From a virus, in the UHGV virus genome UHGV-2111131: a stretch of DNA of 64,000 bases, one strand, 5' to 3'. Of this stretch, positions 20,256 through 30,345 are shown piece by piece (positions within the stretch are counted from its first letter, which is position 1; each line of letters opens with the position of its first letter). A program made the position numbers and the translations under genes. The notes beneath the pieces were generated by a model. It saw only the letters and a list, made by a program, of their open reading frames with translations, searched no databases and was not told the DNA's origin.

Positions 20256-21845
20256 TTACTTAATAAGCAGCGGTACGCCCTGGATACGACGGGCTACGCC
20301 AGTCGGGCAGCAGGCCCAGACTACTTCCCATTTATCGAATTCCGCCTGCGTAACTTTCAGCACATACGGTTCTGTACCGTCAGCATCGGGATCACGAGGA
20401 GCCACCAGAGCGCCGGAGGCGACAAAGCGATCTAAAAGTTTGGTCATCCCTTTAGTCAGGCCAGCCGCAGTAATACCGTCCGGGCTATGCTTCATCTGTC
20501 GTGCTAACTGGACAAAGAAACGGCTGATTGCATTCATCAGGGATGGGACGTGCTGGAAGTGCAGATAGTTATCCTGCGTGCAGCAAGTTAAAGCATCGTC
20601 GATGATCATCTGGCCAGAGCTGCCAACAGATACTTTATTGAGACGGCCCTTGACCATTGCTTCTTCGTCCGGTGTATCTTCCGGATACAGCGGTTGAATT
20701 GACGCACGAGCAATGACGGCACGTTCTTCACCAGCCGGTGAGTAATGCCAACCGCCTACATCAGAGTTTTTCTTGACGCCATGAGCTTTCGCCGCATACG
20801 CCACGCCAGACAGACCAAAGACCACACGGGATTGGGTCCATTTGTCTTTGCAGGAGAACGGGTAGTGATAGACAGAACAGCTTACATAATCGGTACCAAG
20901 TAAACCGGTACCCTCAACAGCTGTTAGTGCTTCTGCGTACCTTAATGTCGGTTTGACATCAAAGAAGCCATCAATCAGGCGATCTGCACAGATTTTACCT
21001 AATGCGGTGATAGCCGCATTGTCATAGCAGCCCAGGCCAAGAACAGCGGTGTACATGTACGGCGCATTGTTCAGCACTTTCACCGCACGCAGGTACGCAG
21101 CGGTTGAGATTTTCGACTGATCACCGTTGGTACCACCAGTGAACGCCAACGATTTTTTGTTTGTTACTTTCGCTGTAGAAATCAGATCTTCATTAACAAC
21201 CGCGCGCAGATATTTAGAACGGGCTTCCAGAGCCGTAGGCAGATAACACAAGCGGCCCATGTCATCTTTCGCTTCTTCCGCCAAAGACACAGTGTGTGTC
21301 TCCAGGGTCGTTACCACACCAAGCGAAGTCGTCTGGGTCAGTTTTAAGATGAAGCGTTCATTACCCGCGCTGTCCGCTGTTGCCGTTTCGATGGTTAACT
21401 CACGGGTAGGTGAAATACACGGATCACCATCATCAACGTAGATAGCAAATGCTTCGCCGCTATCAAGTTCAATTTCAGAACCGTATGGCAACGCACTGTA
21501 AGCCGGTTCGCCTGATTCATCGAACATAATAATCGGGAACTTCGCATCATCCGGAACAGCACGGACAACATAACCAGACGTTTGCTGAATAGCTTCGTAC
21601 ACATGGCGAATTGGTTCGAACTGTGAGCCGGAAGACGGCTTCAGCGGTTCGCCGAGAACATCTTCGTAATTGGACTCAGTAACCGCAAGAACAGTAAACG
21701 GCTTGCCACGCGCAAATACGCCAATACCAGCCCATAAGCTGCTATTTAATGCAACACCGGTAGATAACGTCGCATCGGCATTGATCGGGCTAACCGCGAC
21801 GCTGGATGCATTACCTAATGACTGTTGAATTGAATATTGAGACAT
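20256..21845 (-). CDS. Tail sheath protein (position of P1 gene 22)
   Basis: 529 aa; N-terminal pattern G.F.RGKPF...VT....EDVLGEP resembles contractile sheath N-termini. Confidence 0.6.
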   Translation of the reverse strand: MSQYSIQQSLGNASSVAVSPINADATLSTGVALNSSLWAGIGVFARGKPFTVLAVTESNYEDVLGEPLKPSSGSQFEPIRHVYEAIQQTSGYVVRAVPDDAKFPIIMFDESGEPAYSALPYGSEIELDSGEAFAIYVDDGDPCISPTRELTIETATADSAGNERFILKLTQTTSLGVVTTLETHTVSLAEEAKDDMGRLCYLPTALEARSKYLRAVVNEDLISTAKVTNKKSLAFTGGTNGDQSKISTAAYLRAVKVLNNAPYMYTAVLGLGCYDNAAITALGKICADRLIDGFFDVKPTLRYAEALTAVEGTGLLGTDYVSCSVYHYPFSCKDKWTQSRVVFGLSGVAYAAKAHGVKKNSDVGGWHYSPAGEERAVIARASIQPLYPEDTPDEEAMVKGRLNKVSVGSSGQMIIDDALTCCTQDNYLHFQHVPSLMNAISRFFVQLARQMKHSPDGITAAGLTKGMTKLLDRFVASGALVAPRDPDADGTEPYVLKVTQAEFDKWEVVWACCPTGVARRIQGVPLLIK

Positions 21846-21905
21846 AACTTTCCCTGTTATGCGCCCCGCACGGGGGCGCTATGTTAAACGGAGAACTTCC
21901 CGTGA

Positions 21906-23633
21906 TTACTCAGAGTCACCGGCATCAATCATGTTACCGGTCAGGAAGTTAATTCCGCCATTTTTGGCCATAGTCAGAGTTACACGCGTGAAGTAGTCAG
22001 CGCCGTTACGTGGGTGCATATCGTTGATAGCCGAACCCCACAGAGTGGTTCGGTTGACTAGTGCCGGGGTGGTCGGATGCTGGAATGGGACAGCCGGGAC
22101 TGCATCACCAGTTACGAAGCCCGCTTTGCCCGGATTTTCATCACGGACGTAGCACAGCACATCCATTGGGCTGAACTGGATACCGTCGGCGGTCAGGTTC
22201 GTACAAATACCTTCTGGTACTTCGAACACTTTGACGTTGCCGAACAGAGTGCCAATGTAGTGGACGTATGGGGTCTGGATGTAATCTTCTGCTGGCTGGA
22301 AGAAATCCTTCGGCAATTGTTTGAAGAAAGATGCCGCATCAGCACCGGCATACATCCCCATCGCACCAGAAGATTTAATACGCTCAATAATACCGCGATA
22401 TACCGTCTGGAATTTGCCTCGAATGATGGTTGCCCACACATCAAAGGACTGGTTAGCTGGCAGTGCAATATCAAAGGAGTCGGTCGCAAGAGTTCGCCAA
22501 ATCATGATACGAAGACGAAGCATATCTTGCTCATGGGACAGGTATTCCTTCAGGGTGCGGAACTGTAGGGAGCCAAGATCCAGACCAAATTCACGCTGTG
22601 CTTCATACGCCGCCTGTACCGTGTGCTCAGCCGCGATGACGAACTGGTTTGGGAACAGGGTGTAACTCTTCATTTCGTGGTTGATAAGTGGGATCAGCTC
22701 AGGAGCTGCTTCTATATTGATCTCCACCTCAATGGCGATCTCAGTGCCTTTATCCGGCGCTTTGGAGAACGACAGGGCAATCTGACCAACGTTGTAATTC
22801 AAAGAGCAAGTAACAGTGATTTGTTCGCCTGCTTTGTTATTGAATGTGTGAAGCAGAGTGCCGGAGCCGTTATCAACAACAGACTTAATACGGTTAACGT
22901 AGATGTTTGTGCGACCTTTGCGAATCGGGACATTCTGACCTTCGACATCTTCCATCTTGAAGGTTGCAGTTTTGCTGGTGCCGTCGGAGCTTGCAACCAG
23001 CACATAGCGGCGGCGCAACTGGCTGTACACGCCAACGGATTGCATGTCCAGAACATCACCAATAGCATAAGAGCCAAAAGAAGAACCCGCTACGTTAAAG
23101 ATTTCATAGATTTCGGACTTGTCACGCGTAACCGGAATGAATGTACACGCATCAGCGGTAGCTGCCCCCAACTGAACAGGCAGGATCATCGCCAGGAATA
23201 AAGGCAGACGCATAACCCCGTCAGAAACACTCATCATCTCTGCCGCGACTGATTCCAGCATCGCTTTATTGGTGGCATCCATGCTATTGCGGGTGGACTC
23301 AATCAGGCAGTTTTCCAGCGTCTGGTGGCAGGAGGCCAGAATTTCCGGACGTGGCATAGATTTATGTGTTGCGGCGTAGTCAGCCAGTGCACTTGCCCAC
23401 GCTGTAGCGATTTGAGCGGTGGCATTATCAGAGATACCCGCAAAAATTGGGTCTTTACGTGCAGCTTCAAGGATAGATGCGGCACGCGCGGCATCATCTT
23501 TAATGAATTGGTTATCAGTACCGAACTGCGCAGTGCTTGCCCAGCCAAGCACAGCTTTAGAGCGTTTTGCGATATCTGCAATACGATTCTGGTATTCGCG
23601 TAAGTTACTCAATTTACTCTTCCTTAAACACAA
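21906..23633 (-). CDS. Putative major capsid protein (position of P1 gene 23)
   Basis: 575-aa ORF (TTG at 23633; alternative TTG at 23612 after AAGGAAG); first gene after parS. Confidence 0.5.
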   Translation of the reverse strand: MCLRKSKLSNLREYQNRIADIAKRSKAVLGWASTAQFGTDNQFIKDDAARAASILEAARKDPIFAGISDNATAQIATAWASALADYAATHKSMPRPEILASCHQTLENCLIESTRNSMDATNKAMLESVAAEMMSVSDGVMRLPLFLAMILPVQLGAATADACTFIPVTRDKSEIYEIFNVAGSSFGSYAIGDVLDMQSVGVYSQLRRRYVLVASSDGTSKTATFKMEDVEGQNVPIRKGRTNIYVNRIKSVVDNGSGTLLHTFNNKAGEQITVTCSLNYNVGQIALSFSKAPDKGTEIAIEVEINIEAAPELIPLINHEMKSYTLFPNQFVIAAEHTVQAAYEAQREFGLDLGSLQFRTLKEYLSHEQDMLRLRIMIWRTLATDSFDIALPANQSFDVWATIIRGKFQTVYRGIIERIKSSGAMGMYAGADAASFFKQLPKDFFQPAEDYIQTPYVHYIGTLFGNVKVFEVPEGICTNLTADGIQFSPMDVLCYVRDENPGKAGFVTGDAVPAVPFQHPTTPALVNRTTLWGSAINDMHPRNGADYFTRVTLTMAKNGGINFLTGNMIDAGDSE

Positions 23634-23672
23634 GGCACTTGTGTGAATCCCTTTTCGGAAGAGATTTTATTG

Positions 23673-23693
23673 AAAGTCACTTGTTGACTTTCT
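23673..23693. promoter_or_regulatory. Possible late promoter: palindrome GAAAGTCA-cttgt-TGACTTTC
   Basis: 8-bp inverted repeat about 20 bp upstream of a TAAAAT -10 on the minus strand. Confidence 0.35.
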
Positions 23694-23747
23694 CGTGACA
23701 AGCAATTTTTTTATTTTTTTCGGGAGTAGGGGAGGAAGGTAAAATAC

Positions 23748-23835
23748 AAGGTGAAATCGTGGCGATTTCACCTTGAAATTTTAGATGGATTTACTTTAAA
23801 AACAGTAGGTTAATAGTGGAATTTGAATGGCGAAA
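23748..23835 (-). other. parS: parS partition site (centromere)
   Basis: Heptamers ATTTCAC/GTGAAAT and hexamers TCGCCA around an AT-rich bend region, directly downstream of parB. Confidence 0.7.
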
Positions 23836-23837
23836 GT

Positions 23838-24839
23838 TTAAGGCTTCGGCTTTTTATCGAGGCTCTTTCTAAGGATATGCCCAATCATCCTGTCGAGTTC
23901 TTCCTGTAGCTCTTTTGAAAGTCGATTAAACTCATAAGAAAATGCACGGCCTTTCACGCGCTTCCTTGCAAAGCGATCCTTGTCCTCAAATTTCCATAAT
24001 TCAGTAACTACGGACTTATCTTTAGAACCTTTATCCGTGAGTAGTGAGGCTTCCTTTGTTATCAAGCGCAGGATTTTATTTTTAACTTCATCTTCGGCCA
24101 TTTCTTCAATGGATAAGATGTCGTTTATTTCCGGGGATATGTTTTGAATAAGCTGATCAAACTCTAAATTCTTGTTCCCCATTTCGTCGCCAACAGCACA
24201 AAGCGTTTTGTAGTCCGAAAAGGTTAATTCCGACTGCACAGGGAAAAGGGCGACTAATTCTTCCGGAGCACTCGCTGCCTGGAGAGCACGCGTGACTTTC
24301 GCCTGAGACAGCCCTTCCTTGGCTGCAATATCCTTCTGACTCATCCCATCATTTTTCATTCGCATCAAACGCAGACCTATTTCTCGAATGCTGTGCTGCA
24401 ATGCTGTCTGAACGTCTTTCGCTAAATTTTGCGCTTCCTGAACGCTGATCTCCTGGTCCGTGACTAAAACCCGCAACCCTACGTTCTCTAAGATGGCAGA
24501 AGCTCGACGCCGGGAACCATCCAAAATTTCAATTTTCCCTGTAGCCCGTCTAACACCTATTGCAGGGTAAAATTGCTGATGCTTAATAGTGCTTCGGATA
24601 CTTTTTAATGATTTTGGCGTAAGAGATGCCTGGTCACGCCCGTTGTTATGCTGATCAACAAAGGTATCGCTTTCTACCTGGTTCGGAGGTATTACCTCTT
24701 CAATAAATGTGGCCTGGCGACCAGTTGATAACTTGAATACCTGCTCGACTCGATCGCCAGAGGATGAAGAACTATCAAATCCGCTTAATATTGAAGGATT
24801 AAGGGTTCGCCCAATTGTTGGTCTGTTTTTCTTTGACAT
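23838..24839 (-). CDS. parB: ParB centromere-binding protein
   Basis: 333 aa (P1 ParB length); ParB/Spo0J-like HTH region. Confidence 0.9.
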   Translation of the reverse strand: MSKKNRPTIGRTLNPSILSGFDSSSSSGDRVEQVFKLSTGRQATFIEEVIPPNQVESDTFVDQHNNGRDQASLTPKSLKSIRSTIKHQQFYPAIGVRRATGKIEILDGSRRRASAILENVGLRVLVTDQEISVQEAQNLAKDVQTALQHSIREIGLRLMRMKNDGMSQKDIAAKEGLSQAKVTRALQAASAPEELVALFPVQSELTFSDYKTLCAVGDEMGNKNLEFDQLIQNISPEINDILSIEEMAEDEVKNKILRLITKEASLLTDKGSKDKSVVTELWKFEDKDRFARKRVKGRAFSYEFNRLSKELQEELDRMIGHILRKSLDKKPKP

Positions 24840-24855
24840 GGGGGTTTCTTACTCC

Positions 24856-26052
24856 TCAGTTAGATCTGATAAATTCAATACGGTCAAAAACTGCTTTAGC
24901 AAAATCTTCCGCAGCAATTCGCGCGTTCTTCAATGCATCAGCACTACCAACATACGTTGCCGGGTTAGCTGAAATAACAGTGTCAAAAGACTCGCCGCAG
25001 CGTTCAAAACCGTCAAGGCGAGGGAGGACAACATCAAGCATATCCCCACCGAACACTTCTTTAGCCAGGCTATGGCAATACTTATGGTCTGCCTTGTTAC
25101 TCAACTTGGACATAAAACCAATGTTAGTTGCAAGCTGACACTCGCAGCCTTCATCCGAAATGAGTTTCACCAACTCAGGAAGACGGGCAACGTATTTAAG
25201 CGATGAGTGGAAATCAACCGTTGCAGGCGGCAGAGGTGTAAACAATATATTGGCCGAGGCCAAAGCATTTTTCAGGAAGGCGTCAAGGTGAGGACCACTA
25301 TCAACGAGGATAAAGTCATAATCGCTCTTCAGCTTATCAATCACATTTTCTTTCAGGACTGCATGGATATTCTGACCCGGTAGATGCTCATTGCACAGCT
25401 CTCTCCAATCGGATGCAATAAAGGCATCGTCAATCGACGCAGGCATAACGTCAACCCCAGGTACAACAGAAGGAACAATAAACTCCTCTAACAGCTCTTC
25501 ACGGCTTACATTCTGCAACATAGCCTGTGCAGATGTTGCGTTTACGATACCAATAGAGTGTTTATGGCTTAAAAACATCGTTGCTGAAGATTGCGGATCA
25601 AGGTCAATAACCAGAATCCTTAAATCTTCCATCAGAAGATGAGGGTGAGCACGCATTGCATGCGCCAGAGAAACCGTCGATACAGTTTTTGACACACCGC
25701 CTTTAAGATTGGAGATGAAAATCACATACGCTTCGCTGTAGCGATCCCGGTATTTTGGCACTCCGCGATGTTCATATATGTCAATGATGTTCTGTATTGA
25801 CATCGCATATTTCATTGAAGAGCCAGCAGGGCGTTTATCGAAAACATAACCCTTTTCTTCCATTTCACTTACGGCATAGTCAACGTTCGCACGAGTCAGT
25901 AGAGGCAATTTCGCCAGTGCCGCTTTCGCATAGACCTGGTAAAACTCGTTCGCGTGTAGCTCATCCTTTTGCAACTGTACTTGTTCAGTCAGAACATTGA
26001 GCATTCTATTTGCTCTTTGAGCAACCTTGTGAAGCTGGCTGGAATCACTCAT
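24856..26052 (-). CDS. parA: ParA partition ATPase (type Ia)
   Basis: 398 aa (P1 ParA length); deviant Walker A KGGVSKT; long N-terminal extension. Confidence 0.9.
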   Translation of the reverse strand: MSDSSQLHKVAQRANRMLNVLTEQVQLQKDELHANEFYQVYAKAALAKLPLLTRANVDYAVSEMEEKGYVFDKRPAGSSMKYAMSIQNIIDIYEHRGVPKYRDRYSEAYVIFISNLKGGVSKTVSTVSLAHAMRAHPHLLMEDLRILVIDLDPQSSATMFLSHKHSIGIVNATSAQAMLQNVSREELLEEFIVPSVVPGVDVMPASIDDAFIASDWRELCNEHLPGQNIHAVLKENVIDKLKSDYDFILVDSGPHLDAFLKNALASANILFTPLPPATVDFHSSLKYVARLPELVKLISDEGCECQLATNIGFMSKLSNKADHKYCHSLAKEVFGGDMLDVVLPRLDGFERCGESFDTVISANPATYVGSADALKNARIAAEDFAKAVFDRIEFIRSN

Positions 26053-26182
26053 CGAAAGTCATCCTTTATGCTGTATTTTTGAATTTAATTAAAAATGCTG
26101 CATAAAATAATAATGTATGCGTAGATGCTTGTACATAGCATTCTCTGCGTGTTTGGTTCATTTTGCGCGATTGAGAGTTACA

Positions 26183-26205
26183 AGGAGGGCACAAAAAAGC
26201 CCCGT
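26183..26205 (-). terminator. Intrinsic terminator between the inserted two-gene unit and the par promoter
   Basis: GCCCC-gttca-GGGGC hairpin followed by T6 on the minus strand. Confidence 0.55.
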
Positions 26206-26220
26206 TCAGGGGCATCAGTG

Positions 26221-26481
26221 TTATTTGCTAAGAGCAGCGAATAATCGTTCGAAATCGATAGTATCTATAGCACGCGTAAGCGCCGGAAGTTCAGCCTCAA
26301 AGTACCCATGTCGATCGTAAAAGAAGGGACCGAAGAGCGAGGCATGTTGGATTCTACTTCGCCACAGCCCGGACACACAGTTAAGCCCATTACCGGCTAA
26401 AAGGCTAAAAAACTTCTCTGGATTATCGTGGTAAAGCTGGGAATCAATGGTGGCGGTTAACTCTTCCATAGGGAAGCACAC
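26221..26481 (-). CDS. Hypothetical protein
   Basis: 86-aa ORF downstream of the T5orf172-like gene. Confidence 0.35.
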   Translation of the reverse strand: MCFPMEELTATIDSQLYHDNPEKFFSLLAGNGLNCVSGLWRSRIQHASLFGPFFYDRHGYFEAELPALTRAIDTIDFERLFAALSK

Positions 26482-26502
26482 CCGCCCTGTATCCCAGGGA
26501 TA

Positions 26503-27030
26503 TTAAGTCCGAAGCATAAACATTGCTTTCAGCAATTCACATTGAGCGCGGATCGCGTCCGGTTCATAGCCAGATATGGAGACATAAGCCACGTCCCTCA
26601 TTCCTGCGTCATCTTTGAAAGTCACGATAGAAGTAACATCCAGCTCTTTTTCGAAAGAGCAAGCAGCATCTACTGGACGCTGAAGTAAATCATTCGACTT
26701 AATGCGCTCGAGAATCCCTCCCCACATATCATTTAGATATTCGATATGAGCCAAAACCTTATCAAGACACTCTCGTGTAAACCATTCAGTATGCCCGCCA
26801 CCTGCGCTTTTCTCCCACGGCGCATTCCAGGGGAAAAAGGTTGCGTGTAAAGCCCGCTCAAGATTAACCATTGCCAAACGCGTACCACGATAGACCCGTG
26901 AAAGCGCAAAATCGGGACTCACTTGTAGCCCTTTAAACCGTGTCAATGGACCACATGAAATGCCGATTATAAAAGTATCTCCGTTCTCTGGCACCAGAAC
27001 GTAGAGGTAGTGTTGTTTCTCTTCTTGCAT
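26503..27030 (-). CDS. T5orf172 / GIY-YIG-like domain protein
   Basis: 175 aa; YLYVL...IIGIS ... ERALHATFF ... GGHTEWF motif pattern. Confidence 0.55.
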   Translation of the reverse strand: MQEEKQHYLYVLVPENGDTFIIGISCGPLTRFKGLQVSPDFALSRVYRGTRLAMVNLERALHATFFPWNAPWEKSAGGGHTEWFTRECLDKVLAHIEYLNDMWGGILERIKSNDLLQRPVDAACSFEKELDVTSIVTFKDDAGMRDVAYVSISGYEPDAIRAQCELLKAMFMLRT

Positions 27031-27059
27031 ATCAATACCACTGCTTGATGAGAACCGCG

Positions 27060-27325
27060 CAAATGTTGACTATGCGCGAAGGTTAATGTGAATAGTTGAC
27101 TATGCGCGATGTGACTACAGTCAAAAGTTGACTGTAGTCGATTTAACTCCACCAAAGATCGACTATGTAAGATATTGTCGGGAGAAACGTTGACTATACG
27201 CGATGAAATGCCCCTAAAAGCCATCTCAATAGCGACTTGCAGAATATTGACGCCAGCAAAAATCCACCAGCGTCAACGAATGTCGCCTATAGTCAACTTC
27301 TCGCTATCGCATATAGTCAATATTA
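27060..27325. repeat. incA-type iteron array (RepA binding sites, both orientations)
   Basis: At least 8 copies of core GTTGACTAT(G/A)CGCGA, direct and inverted, downstream of repA. Confidence 0.65.
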
Positions 27326-27369
27326 TGGATTGCGCTTATGGATCTGGAAGCCGATTTTCCTGCCGTTTT

Positions 27370-28218
27370 TTATCTCTGAAAATTTAAGATATTCAATAGC
27401 TTAACGCTATTTTGCACGCTAACGGATGATTTGAGATTAAGCCTCGCTCTAAGGCGCTCAATGCTGACAGGTGCCGGGTTGGCGGGTAGAGCCTCAAAGA
27501 ATGTATACAGTACCTTGGCCGTCTCTTTGCGCCCTAGTTTATCCAGCATCTTCAGCTTCAGGATTCGCTTATAGTCAACATAGTAAAGTTCAGATAGCTG
27601 TTTCTGCGGCTGGATCTCGATAACATCAAGCTCGGTATTCAGGCTGCTATATGCCAACAAGTTGACGTTAATGTTATTGAGATGACCTTTTGCCGCCGGG
27701 AAGCGGAATTTGACAACTGTCTGCTGAATGCGTGTCAGAGAGTCATCAATACTTTTACGGAACGCCTTTGAAAGGCGCTTACGTGGATAGCCGCATCGAT
27801 CGGCAAACTCGGAGAATGGCAGGGTGATTATGCCGTCATCATCAGGTGCGTAGTCAAACAACGCGGAGGTTATGCCCACCCACACCTTAAAATCAGTATC
27901 CATATCCAGGCGTGGACCATGAATTTCAATTCCCTCATAGCCTTCCTGCTCAACAATTTTGAGGCTTGATAGTTCTTCAGTTGCGTTCGTTGTGTTTGTT
28001 GTAACTGACGATCCGCGACGTAGCGCCACATTGGTAGATTTTAAGGTTGGCACAAACACACCTAAGCGCAACAAAGCGATGGGTTGTATAGTGCTGTTGT
28101 TATTGGGCTTCAGGCTGTGGATTTCTCCTGTATTTCCTGCAACTTCTTCAACGCTAAGGAAGCCTTTACTTTCTTCCGGCATCACGGTTTCTCCATGTGT
28201 GGCGCGGCCTGACGTCAA
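27370..28218 (-). CDS. repA: RepA iteron-binding replication initiator
   Basis: Flanked by iteron arrays; likely true start is the ATG at 28182 (GGAGA RBS), giving 270 aa. Confidence 0.8.
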   Translation of the reverse strand: MTSGRATHGETVMPEESKGFLSVEEVAGNTGEIHSLKPNNNSTIQPIALLRLGVFVPTLKSTNVALRRGSSVTTNTTNATEELSSLKIVEQEGYEGIEIHGPRLDMDTDFKVWVGITSALFDYAPDDDGIITLPFSEFADRCGYPRKRLSKAFRKSIDDSLTRIQQTVVKFRFPAAKGHLNNINVNLLAYSSLNTELDVIEIQPQKQLSELYYVDYKRILKLKMLDKLGRKETAKVLYTFFEALPANPAPVSIERLRARLNLKSSVSVQNSVKLLNILNFQR

Positions 28219-28224
28219 TTTGGA

Positions 28225-28480
28225 TGGCTGTTATCAACAGCTGTGAATATTCAGGCTCTAAAATCGCTTACAGTCAATGTTTCTGTCGCGTATAGTCAAC
28301 AATAAATCGCGTGCAGTCAACAATAAATCGTGCACAGTCAACATAAAATCGCGTATAGTCAATGTTGATCCCATTTCAAGCCAGTAATGACGCGGCTTAC
28401 AGCGATCCGGGATCTTCTTTGGATCTTCCTAGGTTCTCTTTAGGATCTGTTTATTGGATCTATGCTGTGGATAAGTTGAA
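28225..28480. other. Plasmid origin oriR: DnaA boxes, incC iterons, GATC cluster
   Basis: DnaA-box-like TTATCAACA (28231) and TGTGGATAA (28466); 4-5 iterons in 21-bp register (28270-28365); six GATC in about 95 bp (28367-28460). Confidence 0.6.
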
Positions 28481-28516
28481 TAAACCGGCCAACAAAGCCG
28501 GTTGGAAGGAAGGGTA

Positions 28517-28909
28517 TTATTCTACGCTTTCGATAAGAAGACCATGTTCATAACATTTAAGCTCATCGCCTTCGTACAGGAATTGGTATCCAATACCACC
28601 ATTTTCATGGACATTAGGGAATAACTCATAACTCACTGAAGAGCAAATCACACCAATGCAGCGATCAACGCCTTCTCGTTCTTCAGTGCTGAAAAAATCC
28701 TCTTCGGTAAGGACATGAGTACATTGCTCATCAGCATAGGTCGGAAATACATGCTCGATGCAATCCGGGTGTTTTAAACCAAGCTGATCGGCAAGCTCGA
28801 AAGCATGACGGTATTGTTCAGATCCTGGCTTGCCAACAGTGATGTGCTCAATTTTGTAGATTGAAGTTGCTTTGTTGATAGTTTGCTTTACTGTTACTTT
28901 ATCAGACAT
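28517..28909 (-). CDS. Hypothetical protein (position of P1 UpfA)
   Basis: 130-aa ORF. Confidence 0.5.
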   Translation of the reverse strand: MSDKVTVKQTINKATSIYKIEHITVGKPGSEQYRHAFELADQLGLKHPDCIEHVFPTYADEQCTHVLTEEDFFSTEEREGVDRCIGVICSSVSYELFPNVHENGGIGYQFLYEGDELKCYEHGLLIESVE

Positions 28910-28920
28910 AAAAATCCCTT

Positions 28921-29253
28921 TTAGTTACCTCTGATAGCGCGGTTGTAATCATTAACGTTGCGATTCTTCCTGTTAATCCCCATCAGCATCGTTTCTGTAT
29001 CGAGGATATACGCTGGCAGATCATCAAAATATTCACTGCTAAACTCTGGCATCCTGCACATAAATGCACTTTTGGGGGCAGGGTGGTTAACCTTTGTCGG
29101 CGTCGGCGTTAAATTCGCTGATCGACTCCCGGAGCAACCGCTGAGTGTCAGCAGGAATACGCTGGCGAACATTACCCGCCGCAACAAGTTGTTTCTGAAC
29201 TTCAGCTTTTCGTTCCATTTGCCTGTCAGCATACTTGGCTTGTTCTGATTCAT
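28921..29253 (-). CDS. Lipoprotein precursor (Mlp-like)
   Basis: Lipobox LLTLSGCSG; true start probably the internal Met; overlaps ppfA-like ORF in another frame. Confidence 0.6.
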   Translation of the reverse strand: MNQNKPSMLTGKWNEKLKFRNNLLRRVMFASVFLLTLSGCSGSRSANLTPTPTKVNHPAPKSAFMCRMPEFSSEYFDDLPAYILDTETMLMGINRKNRNVNDYNRAIRGN

Positions 29254-29509
29254 TTTTCACTTCCTGGCTGTGAAAATGTTGCTCTGCTTTGTTCATCGTC
29301 TCAATGGTCTGGTTAAGATCCATTATTGACTTATCACGTTCCTTAACAGCCTGATCAAGACTGCCAATTTTCTCCATGGCTTGCTTTAGCTGATGACGTT
29401 CCCACGCAAACCCAGCACCAACAAGTGCGCAAATCAGAACAAGAACACCAGTAGCAGCAAGTTTCTCCTTCAAAGACAAAGCTGTTTTTAACGTAGAAAA
29501 GAATGACAT
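29087..29509 (-). CDS. Membrane-anchored periplasmic protein (PpfA-like)
   Basis: N-terminal TM segment then coiled-coil region; start taken at internal MSFFSTLK. Confidence 0.5.
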   Translation of the reverse strand: MSFFSTLKTALSLKEKLAATGVLVLICALVGAGFAWERHQLKQAMEKIGSLDQAVKERDKSIMDLNQTIETMNKAEQHFHSQEVKNESEQAKYADRQMERKAEVQKQLVAAGNVRQRIPADTQRLLRESISEFNADADKG

Positions 29510-29548
29510 GTCTTCCTCCTGAAGAAAAATTATCAATGAAGTCCTTTG

Positions 29549-30337
29549 TTACCGTGCCGCTTTGTTTAATTCATCAAGAACAGAATCAGGAACCAAAGCG
29601 GCGACTGCGCTGGCTGTGCTGGCCTTATTTGCTGATGCTTCCGCAAGCGCGGTACCGATAGCATGGTTATAAGCAGTTATGGCTACGTTGGCGCTTTCAT
29701 TCGCTCGTTCATACTGCTGTTGTAACGCAGTTGTGGGTGCTGTTGTCTGGTTGAAAACAACCCCAAACTGTTCAGTTGCTACTTTCAGAGATTCAATTTG
29801 CTCTTCTGTTAGTGCTGGTGGGGGAGTGGCAGTGCCGCCGCCTGAACCAGAGCCTGACGAGCTTCCTGAGCCAGTGTTAAGGGTCTGGTTAATCTCCCCC
29901 ATAGCAGCGACTAAACTTGATGTATTAAGCGCGTTTACAGCGTCCTCAAGCGATTTAGTAATAGTCACATCACCAATGGCAATAGAGATCGGCAGTTCTG
30001 AAACTTCTCGCTCATTAGCACGACAGTAAACATCCCAACCAATATCGAGTTGAAGGAGCATTGACAGATCAGCATAACCAGCCAACAGGTCCGCGTGCTG
30101 AGTTGCCAGCCCTCCAATATTCGTTAAACCGGTTGCGGTTGTTCTGATCGTTGAAACATAGCTGGTAATAGTGTCGGGATAGACAATTGTATCCAGAATT
30201 AATCCGGTCAATTCTTCTGCAAGCAGTTTTGCTGTGTTAGCACTGTTTCGTGCCGATGTTATGGCACCAGGTGTTTTCATCCCACCGGCGGCGGCCAATT
30301 TTTTATATGCGGATAACTGGTAGTCTTTTTCCAGCAT
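29549..30337 (-). CDS. Ala/Thr-rich protein with Gly/Ser linker (position of P1 UpfB)
   Basis: Start taken at MLEKDYQ, leaving an 8-nt gap to the upstream gene. Confidence 0.55.
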   Translation of the reverse strand: MLEKDYQLSAYKKLAAAGGMKTPGAITSARNSANTAKLLAEELTGLILDTIVYPDTITSYVSTIRTTATGLTNIGGLATQHADLLAGYADLSMLLQLDIGWDVYCRANEREVSELPISIAIGDVTITKSLEDAVNALNTSSLVAAMGEINQTLNTGSGSSSGSGSGGGTATPPPALTEEQIESLKVATEQFGVVFNQTTAPTTALQQQYERANESANVAITAYNHAIGTALAEASANKASTASAVAALVPDSVLDELNKAAR

Positions 30338-30345
30338 GATATCTC

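Noticed and set aside
27050-28400. Idea that the plasmid replicon is a non-P1 type
   Set aside because: My memory of the P1 iteron sequence is not reliable enough; the oriR layout (DnaA boxes, iterons, GATC cluster, repA, incA) matches the P1 architecture, so no replicon swap is claimed.
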